DNA of 62,803 nt, counting the filler, from Reclinomonas americana ATCC 50394 (taxonomy: Eukaryota): NCBI GenBank assembly GCA_048213135.1. It is 7 parts of 3 records of this genome, joined end to end, with 100 filler letters (N's around TTAATTAATTAA, not from the genome) between each part and the next. Parts side by side here need not be neighbours in the genome. Positions count along the whole stretch, not along the records: positions 15,244 to 33,596 come from PS015283.1; positions 33,697 to 39,485 come from PS015283.1; 5 more parts are not named here. The stretch is one strand, 5' to 3'. How positions within the stretch are numbered: position 1 is the stretch's first letter; every line of letters begins with the position of its first letter. This document shows, in pieces, positions 23,680-37,192 of this stretch. The notes beneath the pieces were generated by a model that did not search any database, was not told the DNA's origin, and saw only the letters and a program-made list of their open reading frames with translations. Both the position numbers and the translations under genes were made by a program.

Positions 23680-26558
23680 ATGGACGCACCTCCGTCTCGG
23701 ACTCGTGTTTCCTTTCCCTTGCCGTCCGCCAACGCATCACCTGTGTCGACAAAGAACGTCTTTGAGGCACGACCACCACCAGCCCCTCTGTCCCCCACAG
23801 GCGACACGGACGACCACGCAGTTGTTGTTGTCGAACCCCCTCGCAAGAAGCAACGTGTGGGTTCTCCCGCTCACAGCGACAGCGACGAGAGTGACGACGA
23901 CGAATGCAACAGCAGTGCCGGTGACATGGATGTCGATGGCGATGATGTCGACGAGGATGATGATGAGAGAGCTTCGCGACGCAAGAAGTCGAGGAGGCCG
24001 CCGATGCCACAGAACTTGGTGCCGCCTGCGCCTGGCGACGACTCTGAGAGGCTGCGCAGGCTGTTCAGCAATGAGGTATTTTCCTTCCACCTCCTGCGCA
24101 TGCTCTGCATCGTGCCCATGCTCAGTTCTTGTCGCCACACAGGTGCAGCGCCTGGTCGACTTTGCCACGCCGCTCGCGCACGAGCTTTCGGCAAGCAACA
24201 TCCATCACTTGAACGTGACGGCCAGTTTCGGCTCGGTGGACGGCACGTGGGACTTGTCGGCGGCGATGCGAGAGCTGGTGCAGAACGCCTTTGATGCCGT
24301 GTGCGTGCATCATTCACCGGCCACGCACACCTTTGCCAACGAGGTCACCGAGCTCGCTGATCCGGCGAGCGGTTCCCTTGGTGGTTGGATGTTCCAGCAG
24401 TTCGCCACTGAGAACCGCTCCGTGCGACGCCAGTGCGTGGCGTGGTTTCTGCGGTTCGGCGAGTTGTTTGCGTGCTGGAACGTTGGCGCGTTGCCGCAAG
24501 ATGCCCTGCGCGTATTCGGTCGCTCGGCAAAGCAGGATCATGGTGGCAGTGGAATGGCGGGGCGGCACGGCGAGGGCCTGAAGATGGCCGCCACCACCCN
24601 NNNNNNNNNNNNNNNNNNNGCGCAGGGGGTGCTGATGATCGTCACTCCGGCTCCTGGCTTCCCTTCCCCGCACGTCAACGGCACTCTGCTGCTGTGCAAG
24701 CGTCCCGTCAGACTCAGCAAGGCACTGTCGCTCGACTTCTTTCGCGACATCCACCTCGGCTTCTGGCCTGCCAGTCGCTTGCTCGCCAATCCTGATGTTC
24801 TGTCGGTGGCCAGCGCTCGAGGCAGAGCTTCGTGTCCGTGGCAGCAGCGCCGAATCTTCACCAATTCGAAAGCGGTGTACGTGGCCGGTGCGCGAGTGAT
24901 GGAGGACCACGATGGACTTTTGTTGTGCGGCTACAACCTCCCGGCTGCGACGCCTGTGGGCCGCGATCGCGACTGGGTTGCTCCTTCCGACCTACGCGAA
25001 CATGCCGGCAAAGTGCTGTCCAAACTTTTGCTTGGCGAAAAGAGTGTCGCACAGGTTAGTAACACGCACTGCGTGTGTGTTTTTGTGCATGTGCATGTCT
25101 CAGTCTGACAAACGCATGCCTACAGGCGGTGGCCAAATTGTTGATCGACAAGTGCTGCACTGGCGATGGTCGCTGCGACAACACGCTGCAGGATGTGCGC
25201 GGTCTCGCCGAGATGTGCAACCGTGGTTCGAAACCGTATGAGGCACTGGTGGAGGCCTTCAAGGACAAGTATGGCGCAGACGCTCAGCCCACTGACGACG
25301 CCAACAGCGACTTTGCTCCGCTCCTTTCGGGCAAGCCGCAGCCCGTGTCGGCGTCCGTTTTCAGGTTGCTGACGGCTCACGGCCCGTATCCTCATCCGCG
25401 CAAAGCAGTCCATGCCATGCTGGACTCTCTGTTCAAGCAGCGGGGTGTTTCGGTGGACGCTGTCCCGCTGCAGTATCGCGCACACGTGGAGAGTGTGAGC
25501 CACGACCGTATTCTTCGTGCATCGCCGCTGCGAAACGTTGTACGTCTCCACCTCTCCGGACCGAAGGAGCTGATGCAGGATCGAAAGGTGCTCTTTGACA
25601 ATCGCGTTCACGCATCGCCCGTGTTGCATGTGTTCGCCGATCGCTGCCAGACGAGGGCCGAGGCCGACAACGGCATAGTGCAAGCGTACAGTGCGATCGA
25701 GTTGCACAAGAAGGCCGCCGGTCAATCGCAGCTGCCACTTCCACCTCCTTCGGACGACGGCGAGGAAGACGAGGTTGACCTCCCGTGCAAAGGCCGCGAT
25801 TCTCGTCGCCGGTTTACGCCAATGTTCACGCAGCGTGGGCCCGGCATCGATTCGCTCAAGGTTTATCTGGAGACCGTGACGCTGTTCAAAGTACTTTAGT
25901 CACCCTCTCTCTCTCTCTCTCTCGCAGTATCTGCAAGAGCGCACGAAAGCACTGCTCGAGCACGGTGCCGGTGCTGCAGTCCCAAAGTCGGAAGGCGACT
26001 GCAACAGCAAGCTGCCTGCCGATAGCAAGGTTCGCTGCATGATTTGCCGTCGATTGTTCTCAGCATGTTCACTGTGTGGGAGAGCAGATCGTGTCGGTGG
26101 ACGAGATCGAGGAACAAAAGTGGAATCCAGAGCCAATGATGGCTGCTGCTGTCTTGCGTCTTCTGCGGGAGCGACTGCCGGAGTGTGCCGAATTGACGAA
26201 TGCCAAATTCTCAGTCGACAGCTTCCTGTCGCTAGTGGACAAGCTTCGGATGGTGAAGAAGCTGCTGATGGGCTCCTGCGACGACAGCGTCAAGCTCAAA
26301 TTGTTCCACTCGTGCGCCAATCCGCGTCGACTGGACGGCTTGTGCGTTTTCAACGCGAACCGCACCATCGACATCTACATCAACATCGACTTGTGTACTG
26401 CGGCCGAGGATCGACGACGCGCACGTGGCGACTGCATCGCTGTACTGCTCCACGAGTTGGCGCATTGCACACCAGAGACGCGCCAAGGACACGGTGTCGA
26501 GTTTGCCCGGTACTTGACCGTCATAGTGGGGGAGGTGTTGCGCATGGCGAAGCAGTGA
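23680..26558 (+). CDS. GHKL-type ATPase fused to a C-terminal SprT/WLM-like zincin metallopeptidase
   Basis: WDLSAAMRELVQNAFD (ExxxNxxD), GRSAK, GRHGEGLK (GxxGxG); C-terminal LLHELAHCTPETRQGHGVEF (HExxH..H); N-terminal NLS-like PPRKKQRV plus an acidic tract. Introns ~24076-24142, 25055-25125, 25861-25927, 26030-26087; a short gap at 24600. Confidence 0.78.
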
Positions 26559-26701
26559 GAGTGGAAAAGTATACAGAAAAATAAATGTCACCACTATCTC
26601 CATACCAAACGTACCGCCAACTTGCAACTGTTTACTGTAAATGTGTGACAGCTCGCACGGTGTCGTGCAGTCTTTTACGTTTCGCCGATCAAGCAAGACT
26701 C

Positions 26702-27363
26702 ATGGCAGCGGTACTGCGCATCACGCCACTCGCTCGCATCCAGGAGTACATCAACCGCGGAGAGATCGACACTTGGACTTTCTGGGGTCAGCTCGTGCAG
26801 GTGCGTACGTCGAACGGGCCCGGGTGTGGCACCATGGTCGCGTCTCACAGCCCCACATAGGAGGCCTGCGAATCTGCTAACCGCCTGCGTGCACACTGCT
26901 ACTACAAACTGTACTGCAAGAACATGGAGAAGGGTGTGTGTTGTGTTTTCCTTGCTCCCTCTCTCGCCCTCTCTCGGTGCCAACGCAGCGCCCCACAGAC
27001 TCGGCTTGGCAGGCGCTGGGGGCCTTGGCAGAAACTCGCGGAAGTGAGAGTGTGTTCCACCGCCACCTGCTGAGCTCTTCGCGACGCCACCGGCGGCTGG
27101 GTTCGGAGGACGACGGCTCAGAGGAGGATGAAGAGGCAGACGAATCGTACTCGAGTGATACTGCCTGCGTGGCCGTGCGACGCAGCGACATTGCTCGCGA
27201 CTTGGGCATGTCGTGGAGGAGGAGGCAGTGCGCTTCCACATCGTCANNNNNNNNNNNNNNNNNNNNGGTGGTGACAGCGAGTGTGAGTGTCCTGTTGATT
27301 AAGTACGAGGCGCAATCGCGTGAATTGACAAAGCATTGTAATCTGTTTCGAGAAACTGACTGA
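26702..27363 (+). CDS. Hypothetical multi-exon protein
   Basis: MAAVLRITPLARIQEYINRGEIDTWTFWGQLVQ|EACESANRLRAHCYYKLYCKNMEK with GTGCGT/GTGTGT donors and AG acceptors; no family recognised. Confidence 0.4.
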
Positions 27364-27399
27364 ACAGCGTGCAGCCTCATACTCAACTACTCTCTGCCT

Positions 27400-27999
27400 A
27401 GCATACCAAACACGCATTCTCTGTCTCTTCTCGACTGATTCGAAAAGAGATAACATGGAAAGCAGCACACTCTCAAACACAACTTCGTTGCCCTGCATAC
27501 ACACGCATTTTCGCCTCTTCTCGACAGATTCGATGGGGATGACATGGAAAGCGGCGACGCCCTCAAACACGACTTCTCTGCCCTGTACAAAACCACGCAT
27601 TCTCCGCCTCTTCTCACTTCTTCGCACCGAGACAGCTGACTGACCAACATGAAGCAGTAGAAATAGCCTCTTTCGTACATACGAACACACACCAAACACG
27701 CACATGAAAACACAGCAACGCCGTCAAACACAATCACTCTGCCCGCAACACAAGCACGCATTCCGCATTTCCCATCAACACTGCGTGACGATCTCGACAC
27801 ACATTCACACCTCCCTTCTATTCTTTCTTTCTCCCCCTCTCCGCCAATCCCTCGGCAATTACGAGCATCTCCAGCCATCCCCAAAAAGAATGAGTGACGC
27901 TCTCTCTCTCTCTCTTTCTCACACACGCACGCGCGACACAGCAACGCCTTCAAACACAATCACTCTGCCCGCAACACAAGCACGCATTCCGCATTCCCC
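27400..27999. repeat. Degenerate tandem repeat with core TCAAACACRAY...TGCCC...CACGCATT
   Basis: The core recurs near 27472, 27562, 27724 and 27949; the last two copies are nearly identical over ~55 nt; abuts a gap. Confidence 0.75.
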
Positions 28000-28958
28000 N
28001 NNNNNNNNNNNNNNNNNNNNNNNNNNNNNNNNNNNNNNNNNNNNNNNNNNNNNNNNNNNNNNNNNNNNNNNNNNNNNNNNNNNNNNNNNNNNNNNNNNNN
28101 NNNNNNNNNNNNNNNNNNNNNNNNNNNNNNNNNNNNNNNNNNNNNNNNNNNNNNNNNNNNNNNNNNNNNNNNNNNNNNNNNNNNNNNNNNNNNNNNNNNN
28201 NNNNNNNNNNNNNNNNNNNNNNNNNNNNNNNNNNNNNNNNNNNNNNNNNNNNNNNNNNNNNNNNNNNNNNNNNNNNNNNNNNNNNNNNNNNNNNNNNNNN
28301 NNNNNNNNNNNNNNNNNNNNNNNNNNNNNNNNNNNNNNNNNNNNNNNNNNNNNNNNNNNNNNNNNNNNNNNNNNNNNNNNNNNNNNNNNNNNNNNNNNNN
28401 NNNNNNNNNNNNNNNNNNNNNNNNNNNNNNNNNNNNNNNNNNNNNNNNNNNNNNNNNNNNNNNNNNNNNNNNNNNNNNNNNNNNNNNNNNNNNNNNNNNN
28501 NNNNNNNNNNNNNNNNNNNNNNNNNNNNNNNNNNNNNNNNNNNNNNNNNNNNNNNNNNNNNNNNNNNNNNNNNNNNNNNNNNNNNNNNNNNNNNNNNNNN
28601 NNNNNNNNNNNNNNNNNNNNNNNNNNNNNNNNNNNNNNNNNNNNNNNNNNNNNNNNNNNNNNNNNNNNNNNNNNNNNNNNNNNNNNNNNNNNNNNNNNNN
28701 NNNNNNNNNNNNNNNNNNNNNNNNNNNNNNNNNNNNNNNNNNNNNNNNNNNNNNNNNNNNNNNNNNNNNNNNNNNNNNNNNNNNNNNNNNNNNNNNNNNN
28801 NNNNNNNNNNNNNNNNNNNNNNNNNNNNNNNNNNNNNNNNNNNNNNNNNNNNNNNNNNNNNNNNNNNNNNNNNNNNNNNNNNNNNNNNNNNNNNNNNNNN
28901 NNNNNNNNNNNNNNNNNNNNNNNNNNNNNNNNNNNNNNNNNNNNNNNNNNNNNNNNNN

Positions 28959-29472
28959 CCGCGCCTCCATTCTGCGCCTGCATCAGCTTCTCATGCTCAA
29001 ACTCCTTGACCTTGTAGTCGTAGTAGGCGTGGTACGGGTTCATCTCGAACAGGAACTGGAACTTGAGATTGGCGCTCTCGTTGCTCATGACTTTGCGCTC
29101 GAATTCCTTGCCGTTGTTGGCCACAAACTGCGCCGTCTTGTCCACAATCACACGCAGATCGGGTGGCGGATAGATGATACCTGTTGTGTCACACACACAA
29201 AGAGAGAGAGACAACATGTCAATTCACATGTGGACACTGCAGAGTGCAACTGAATGTGCACTCTCTCCTGCCGCGCGATGCACAGTGTGGCAACACGAGG
29301 CTGCGCGCGTGTGTGCTTGCGCGTGACATTGGAGAGGCATATGGCGCGCGCACGTGACAACTTTCTCTCTCTTTCTTTCCTCTGCGCGCGTGTGTGTATA
29401 TGTGTTGCGTACTGCACCTGCCGGCTTCTTCGGTGGCCCTGTGGGCACATCGGTCTCCATTGCGGTGGCCAT
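28959..29472 (-). CDS. SF3A1: Splicing factor 3A subunit 1 (Prp21), 5' part only
   Basis: SURP domain GIIYPPPDLRVIVDKTAQFVANNGKEFERKV..NE..NLKFQFLFEMNPYHAYY; runs into a gap. Confidence 0.92.
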
Positions 29473-29555
29473 TGTGTGGTGTGTGATGGACAGTTCCAAG
29501 CGCGCGGGCACCACTGTCCCACGCGCCATCTGTCCCTCTCACTCAAAAATCACTC

Positions 29556-30204
29556 ATGGCGTTGCGTGCACTGACCCCACACTCACGCACACACACGCGC
29601 ACTCAAGCCAGTTGCAGCAGCTGCACACGCGCTCCTCTCACGCACTCATTTTTTCCTATTTTGCTTGCAACAATGGCGCGCCATCTCTCACACACTCTTG
29701 CTCCTCTTCTTTAGTGCCGTGTCTGCGGATACTCTTGCGCTTCAACGCGACGTGCGTTCGTGGCTGGAGACAGTGCTCGGGCGTGCCATTGGCGGCTCAC
29801 CCTCGGACGATCTGCTCACATTGCTGCGCGATGGCAAAGTTGAGCGCGTGTGTTGTCAACACTCACGCGCAAACATGTCGCGACTCCTCTCACAGACAGA
29901 CGCACTCTCTCTCTCTCACAGGTGCTGCTTGCACTGGTGAAGAAGGTAAACCCCGGCGCGGCTGTTGCAGTGCGCGAGGGCGGCGGGCAGGCGGCCAACG
30001 CGGAGAATGTGCGGCAATTCCTCGCCGAGTGCAAGTCACTGGGAGTTGCCGAGCAGCGTCTCTTCTCGGTCGAGGACCTCACCGGCTCCGCCTCCTTCTT
30101 GCCTGATGCGCGTCTGCGTGTGGTGCATGGACTGGAGGCAGTCGCAACGCGCTTTGCGGAGAACAATCGCACTCCCCCACTCAACTCGAGTGGCCGTGCT
30201 TTTG
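29556..30204 (+). CDS. Calponin-homology (CH) domain protein, 5' part
   Basis: VRSWLETVLGRAI...DLLTLLRDGKVLLALVKKVNPG...AENVRQFLAECKSLGVAEQRLFSVEDL...RVVHGLEAVA; the first coding exon is ATGGC (29556-29560). Confidence 0.85.
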
Positions 30205-31560
30205 GTGAGCACACGCACACACACGCACGCACACACACACATNNNNNNNNNNNNNNNNNNNNNNNNNNNNNNNNNNNNNNNNNNNNNNNNNNNNNNNNNN
30301 NNNNNNNNNNNNNNNNNNNNNNNNNNNNNNNNNNNNNNNNNNNNNNNNNNNNNNNNNNNNNNNNNNNNNNNNNNNNNNNNNNNNNNNNNNNNNNNNNNNN
30401 NNNNNNNNNNNNNNNNNNNNNNNNNNNNNNNNNNNNNNNNNNNNNNNNNNNNNNNNNNNNNNNNNNNNNNNNNNNNNNNNNNNNNNNNNNNNNNNNNNNN
30501 NNNNNNNNNNNNNNNNNNNNNNNNNNNNNNNNNNNNNNNNNNNNNNNNNNNNNNNNNNNNNNNNNNNNNNNNNNNNNNNNNNNNNNNNNNNNNNNNNNNN
30601 NNNNNNNNNNNNNNNNNNNNNNNNNNNNNNNNNNNNNNNNNNNNNNNNNNNNNNNNNNNNNNNNNNNNNNNNNNNNNNNNNNNNNNNNNNNNNNNNNNNN
30701 NNNNNNNNNNNNNNNNNNNNNNNNNNNNNNNNNNNNNNNNNNNNNNNNNNNNNNNNNNNNNNAGAAGGCACACGAGTGATCTGTGCGTGCGTGTGAGTTG
30801 AGAGGCTGACGAGGGGAGAGGGAAAAGACTGCTTTTGAGTGAAAAAAAACGCACTGCTGCAAAGAATCAGCGAATCTCGACATTGCCCCAAGCTCCGACC
30901 AATTGATCCAACGACTGCTACATCGTTTACTTCATTTTCTTGCCTCCTCGTGAGCGAACGCTATCCCCCCAGCTAACCCCCTCACTCTCCACACACCACC
31001 CACGTTGCGTAACGCACTCTTCACCTCCCCTCACTTGACACACACGCGCTGGCATCATCGCATCTTTTTCTCCTGCAAAAAAGATGCTCATGTCACCGCC
31101 TTGTCTCCGCGTTGCTCACACGCATGCACACACACACTCTGTCTCTTTCATGCACGAGCGCCTTGTTGCTCGACATGTCACACACCACTCCAGCACGTGC
31201 CTTGTTTTGCTTTCGTCACACATTCATGCTCTCACTCTCCACCTCTCGTCCAGCGCGCACACCTCCATCTCCGCCGCTCATCTGCTTCTTTGCACGCGCG
31301 CGTGTGCGTGTGCGTGTTGTCTTTGTCACGACGATGGCGCAATTGCCCGTCTTTTTTGTTTGTGTTTTTCCTCAAACACGCACACTTTTCTCTCTCTGTC
31401 GCACACACACATGCTCTCCCCTCACTCCACTGTGCGCGCACACGCTCATTGTGCACGATTCTTCTTGTGTGACGTGCCTCGTGCTGATTCTGAGATGCGA
31501 ATCTCCGCGCCTGTTTGTGTGCTCAAACACCACTCTTGTCTCTCTGTGCAGGTTGTCAAC

Positions 31561-33520
<1,960 letters not shown>

Positions 33521-33696
33521 GTATGTGTAGCGTACCAGAAAGAAGAAAAAACTCTCCTCCACACACTCACACTTGCTGGTGCAACGACCACAGTTCNNNN
33601 NNNNNNNNNNNNNNNNNNNNNNNNNNNNNNNNNNNNNNNNTTAATTAATTAANNNNNNNNNNNNNNNNNNNNNNNNNNNNNNNNNNNNNNNNNNNN

Positions 33697-36600
33697 GTAC
33701 ATGCAAGCCGACAAAACTCACCGGTGGCATGTACGCGACCAAATCACGAGCACCCAGTCGCTGCAGTGGCGACTCAAGGGCGACAGTCGTCAACTCGCGC
33801 ACCATACGCGAGCTGCCCTCGTCGAGTGCCACACACGCCACATGCTGCCGGGAGAGGTAGGCAGTGGCGGTGGGCAGCAGCAGCAGCGAATGCAGCAGCG
33901 CTTGTGGCGTCTCCTCAAACTCCTCCGCCAGGTACGCCAAGTGGTGGACGACTTCGCGCCGCCGTTGCAACGCCTCCGTAATCACCAGCGACTCGATCGA
34001 CTCGGCGTGCGCCAAGTACGACAGCTCGGCGGCCGATAGGCCGGAGAAGCGCGCAAACGAAAAGGCACCGGAGGCGTTGGTGTGAATGTGCTCGGGCGTG
34101 AAGATGTCCAGGCGACTGATGGCACGCAGGCGATCGCTCGTGTCCACCGTGCCGCTCAGCGCCATGTTGCCGAGAGACGTCATGCCCTGCACGATTCATG
34201 AGCGAGTGGCCAAAAAAATGGTCACGGAGATAGGAAGGAGCAGAAAAATAGGCAAGTGTTCTTCCTCAGTCGATACGAAGTATTCGCGACACAGATAATT
34301 CAGAGTGAACTATGCTTTTGTTTTCGTTATCTCATCACGAGAAAACACATTTTGCCTCCTCTCCCCCGCCACGCTCCCCCTCTCATTCGCCATCACGACC
34401 CACGCACCTGACGATACAAGAATTTCGGCACCGTGAACGAGATCGGATTCTCGTTGATGCACGGGACCTCCAGCATGGGCACGACGCCGCTCTGCAGAAT
34501 GGCCTGCGCGTTGCTCGCCACGGCCGACAGCTGCTCAGGCTGCGGGAGACTGAACTGGAAGGGAGATTGCGTCTCGCGGCGCTCAAACAGGTCCGGATGA
34601 TTGCACACCTGCGGGTGACAAGACGGAGTGTCGGTACACAAGAGAGGCAAATACACACGCTGACACACACACAAACGCACCTTGCGCAGCTGCATCACAA
34701 TGTTCATGTAATGACTCTCGGAGATGGTGGTGTTGTTGAGCAGGTCCTGCAGCGACACCTGCGCCTTGAGCGCCGTGTACAACTCGCGCTGTCGGCGACT
34801 CAAACCGCAGTAAATCTACGCCAATAGGTGTGAGAACCAAGTTGGACAAAAAGTACAAACCGAAACTCACGCCACTTCACCTCCTTCTCAATCTTCTTCG
34901 GCATCTCGCACTCCACATCCTTCTTCACGCGGCGCAACATGAACGGTTTCAGAATGGCATGCAGGCGGTTCAGCTGCGCCTGGTTCATCACGCCCTTTTT
35001 CTCGGCGGCATTCTCCACACCCTGCAGAAGAAACAACAACGAATGAGGAAACTCTCTCAATCGACACGGTGTGCGCGTGCATGTGCGCTCACCTTGGAGA
35101 ACCACTCGTTGAATTCTTCGTGCGAGTCGAAAAAGCTCGGCATGATAAAGTGCAGCAGCGCCCACAGTTCCGCCATGTTGTTCTGAATCGGCGTACCGGT
35201 CAACAGCAGGCGGTTGCGCGCGTTGAACTGGAGCAAGCGCTTCCATCGCTGGCTGTCGGCGCTCTTGATGGCGTGTGCCTCGTCCAGAATCAAGTATTGC
35301 CACTGCGTGATCAACAACAGCAAAAAGTGAGTGCACTCGTGATGAGAGAACAAACAAATCACACAAACACACACCTTGATCGAGTTCAGGTACTTCTCGT
35401 CGGTAATGATAATGTTGTAGCTGGTTACAAGAACGTGGAACTCGGCTTCGCGTACACCCAGCCGTCGTCGGAAACCCTGGCGCAGAATCTTGCGCTCGCC
35501 AGCAGTGCCCCAGTACGGTAGTACCTGCATGAAAGATTGTTGGCAACACGCAGGCACCAACNNNNNNNNNNNNNNNNNNNNNNNNNNNNNNNNNNNNNNN
35601 NNNNNNNNNNNNNNNNNNNNNNNNNNNNNNNNNNNNNNNNNNNNNNNNNNNNNNNNNNNNNNNNNNNNNNNNNNNNNNNNNNNNNNNNNNNNNNNNNNNN
35701 NNNNNNNNNNNNNNNNNNNNNNNNNNNNNNNNNNNNNNNNNNNNNNNNNNNNNNNNNNNNNNNNNNNNNNNNNNNNNNNNNNNNNNNNNNNNNNNNNNNN
35801 NNNNNNNNNNNNNNNNNNNNNNNNNNNNNNNNNNNNNNNNNNNNNNNNNNNNNNNNNNNNNNNNNNNNNNNNNNNNNNNNNNNNNNNNNNNNNNNNNNNN
35901 NNNNNNNNGGACGGCGCGTCGGTGGCGGCGTGGACGGGATGGCGGGACCCGGTGGTCTCTTGGTGCCGATTTTGCGCGCCGTCGAAGACGACGTCCCATT
36001 CGGCGAGGTGGCTGAAGCAGCAGCTGCTGCTGCAGCCGCCGCCGCCGCTGCCGTCTCTCCATGCTTGCGAACAGCCGGGCCCAGCTTCGCCACGAGCCGC
36101 TGGTACACGGCGGCGGCGTCCTTGCTCTTGGGCCGGGTTGGAGCTTGCGCCGTCAGTCGAGTCTGTGTAAGTTGCCCGTCAGTTTCAGCATTCACGACAC
36201 AATGGATGCCACTGCACTCACCGGGCGCAGCAAAGCGGCCGACTGGAACTTGCCGGCAGCGGCCTCGTCCACCCACGCGCGGTACGCCGTCTGCACATGC
36301 TGCAGGTACGCCTCCGAGGCCACCGCAGACAACTGCGGCGACGGCTCCGGAAACGCCGACTGCGTGGCGCGAAGCAACGACCGGTAGTGATTCTCCTCGC
36401 CCTCCGCCAGCACCGTGTACCTGCAACAGAAGTCAGATGTGCACACAAGACAGACACACACGCACACACGTGATGCACACGCAACATTGACGACGTTGCT
36501 GCTGGTGGCTGTGCTGGAGGCCGACGTTGGTGTGGCCGAGATGGAGGTGGTGGCGGAGGTGGAGGTGGCGCAGGCGGCGCCATGGATTCTCCTGTACACA

Positions 36601-36928
36601 AGAAGTGTTGCGTGAGAGAGTGAGAGACGACAAACACACTTTGCATGCGCGCACACACACCATTCATCACCGCCGCCACTGGGAACGCCAACGCGGGTGG
36701 CAGCGCCGGTGGCAGCTGCACGCAATGCGCGACATGTCAGCACCAAACACACACACACAAAGCAGCAAGCACAAAAGAGCGCGCGACGCGTGAGGCGCGC
36801 AAACACAAACACACACGCACACACACAAGAGACAGACGCACACCACGAAAAAAACGCTGCACGCGCGTGCTATTGACAGACACACACACGCGCGCGCGCA
36901 CACACACACGGCTTTCACTCACCTCCAT
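33697..36928 (-). CDS. INO80: INO80 chromatin-remodelling ATPase (partial: internal gap, 3' end missing)
   Basis: [115 protein letters not shown] followed by the INO80-type insertion. Start inferred (ATGGAG|GTGAGT). Confidence 0.93.
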
Positions 36929-37192
36929 TCGCGCGCAAAATCAAACAAGTCGCGGGACCGACCGCCGCCAAAAATCCGACGAGATGGCGGAGATGCCCAC
37001 CGTCGACATGTCCCTCGTCGTTCTTTCGCGCTCACGTTGGCGCCATGGCCGAGCGCGCAGCCACAACACTCATGGCGCAATGAGGGCGGGCGACGACGGC
37101 GAACGGTGGTGAGTGGCACGGCGCCTGCACCGCCCAAAAAAATTAATGTGCTCGCAATTTGGCGGGAAAGGCACTTCGGTGTTTGCATTTGA

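Noticed and set aside
27999-28959. SF3A1 apparently truncated; INO80 and GAPDH missing parts
   Set aside because: All breaks coincide with N gaps whose sizes are estimates; there is no evidence of real gene loss.
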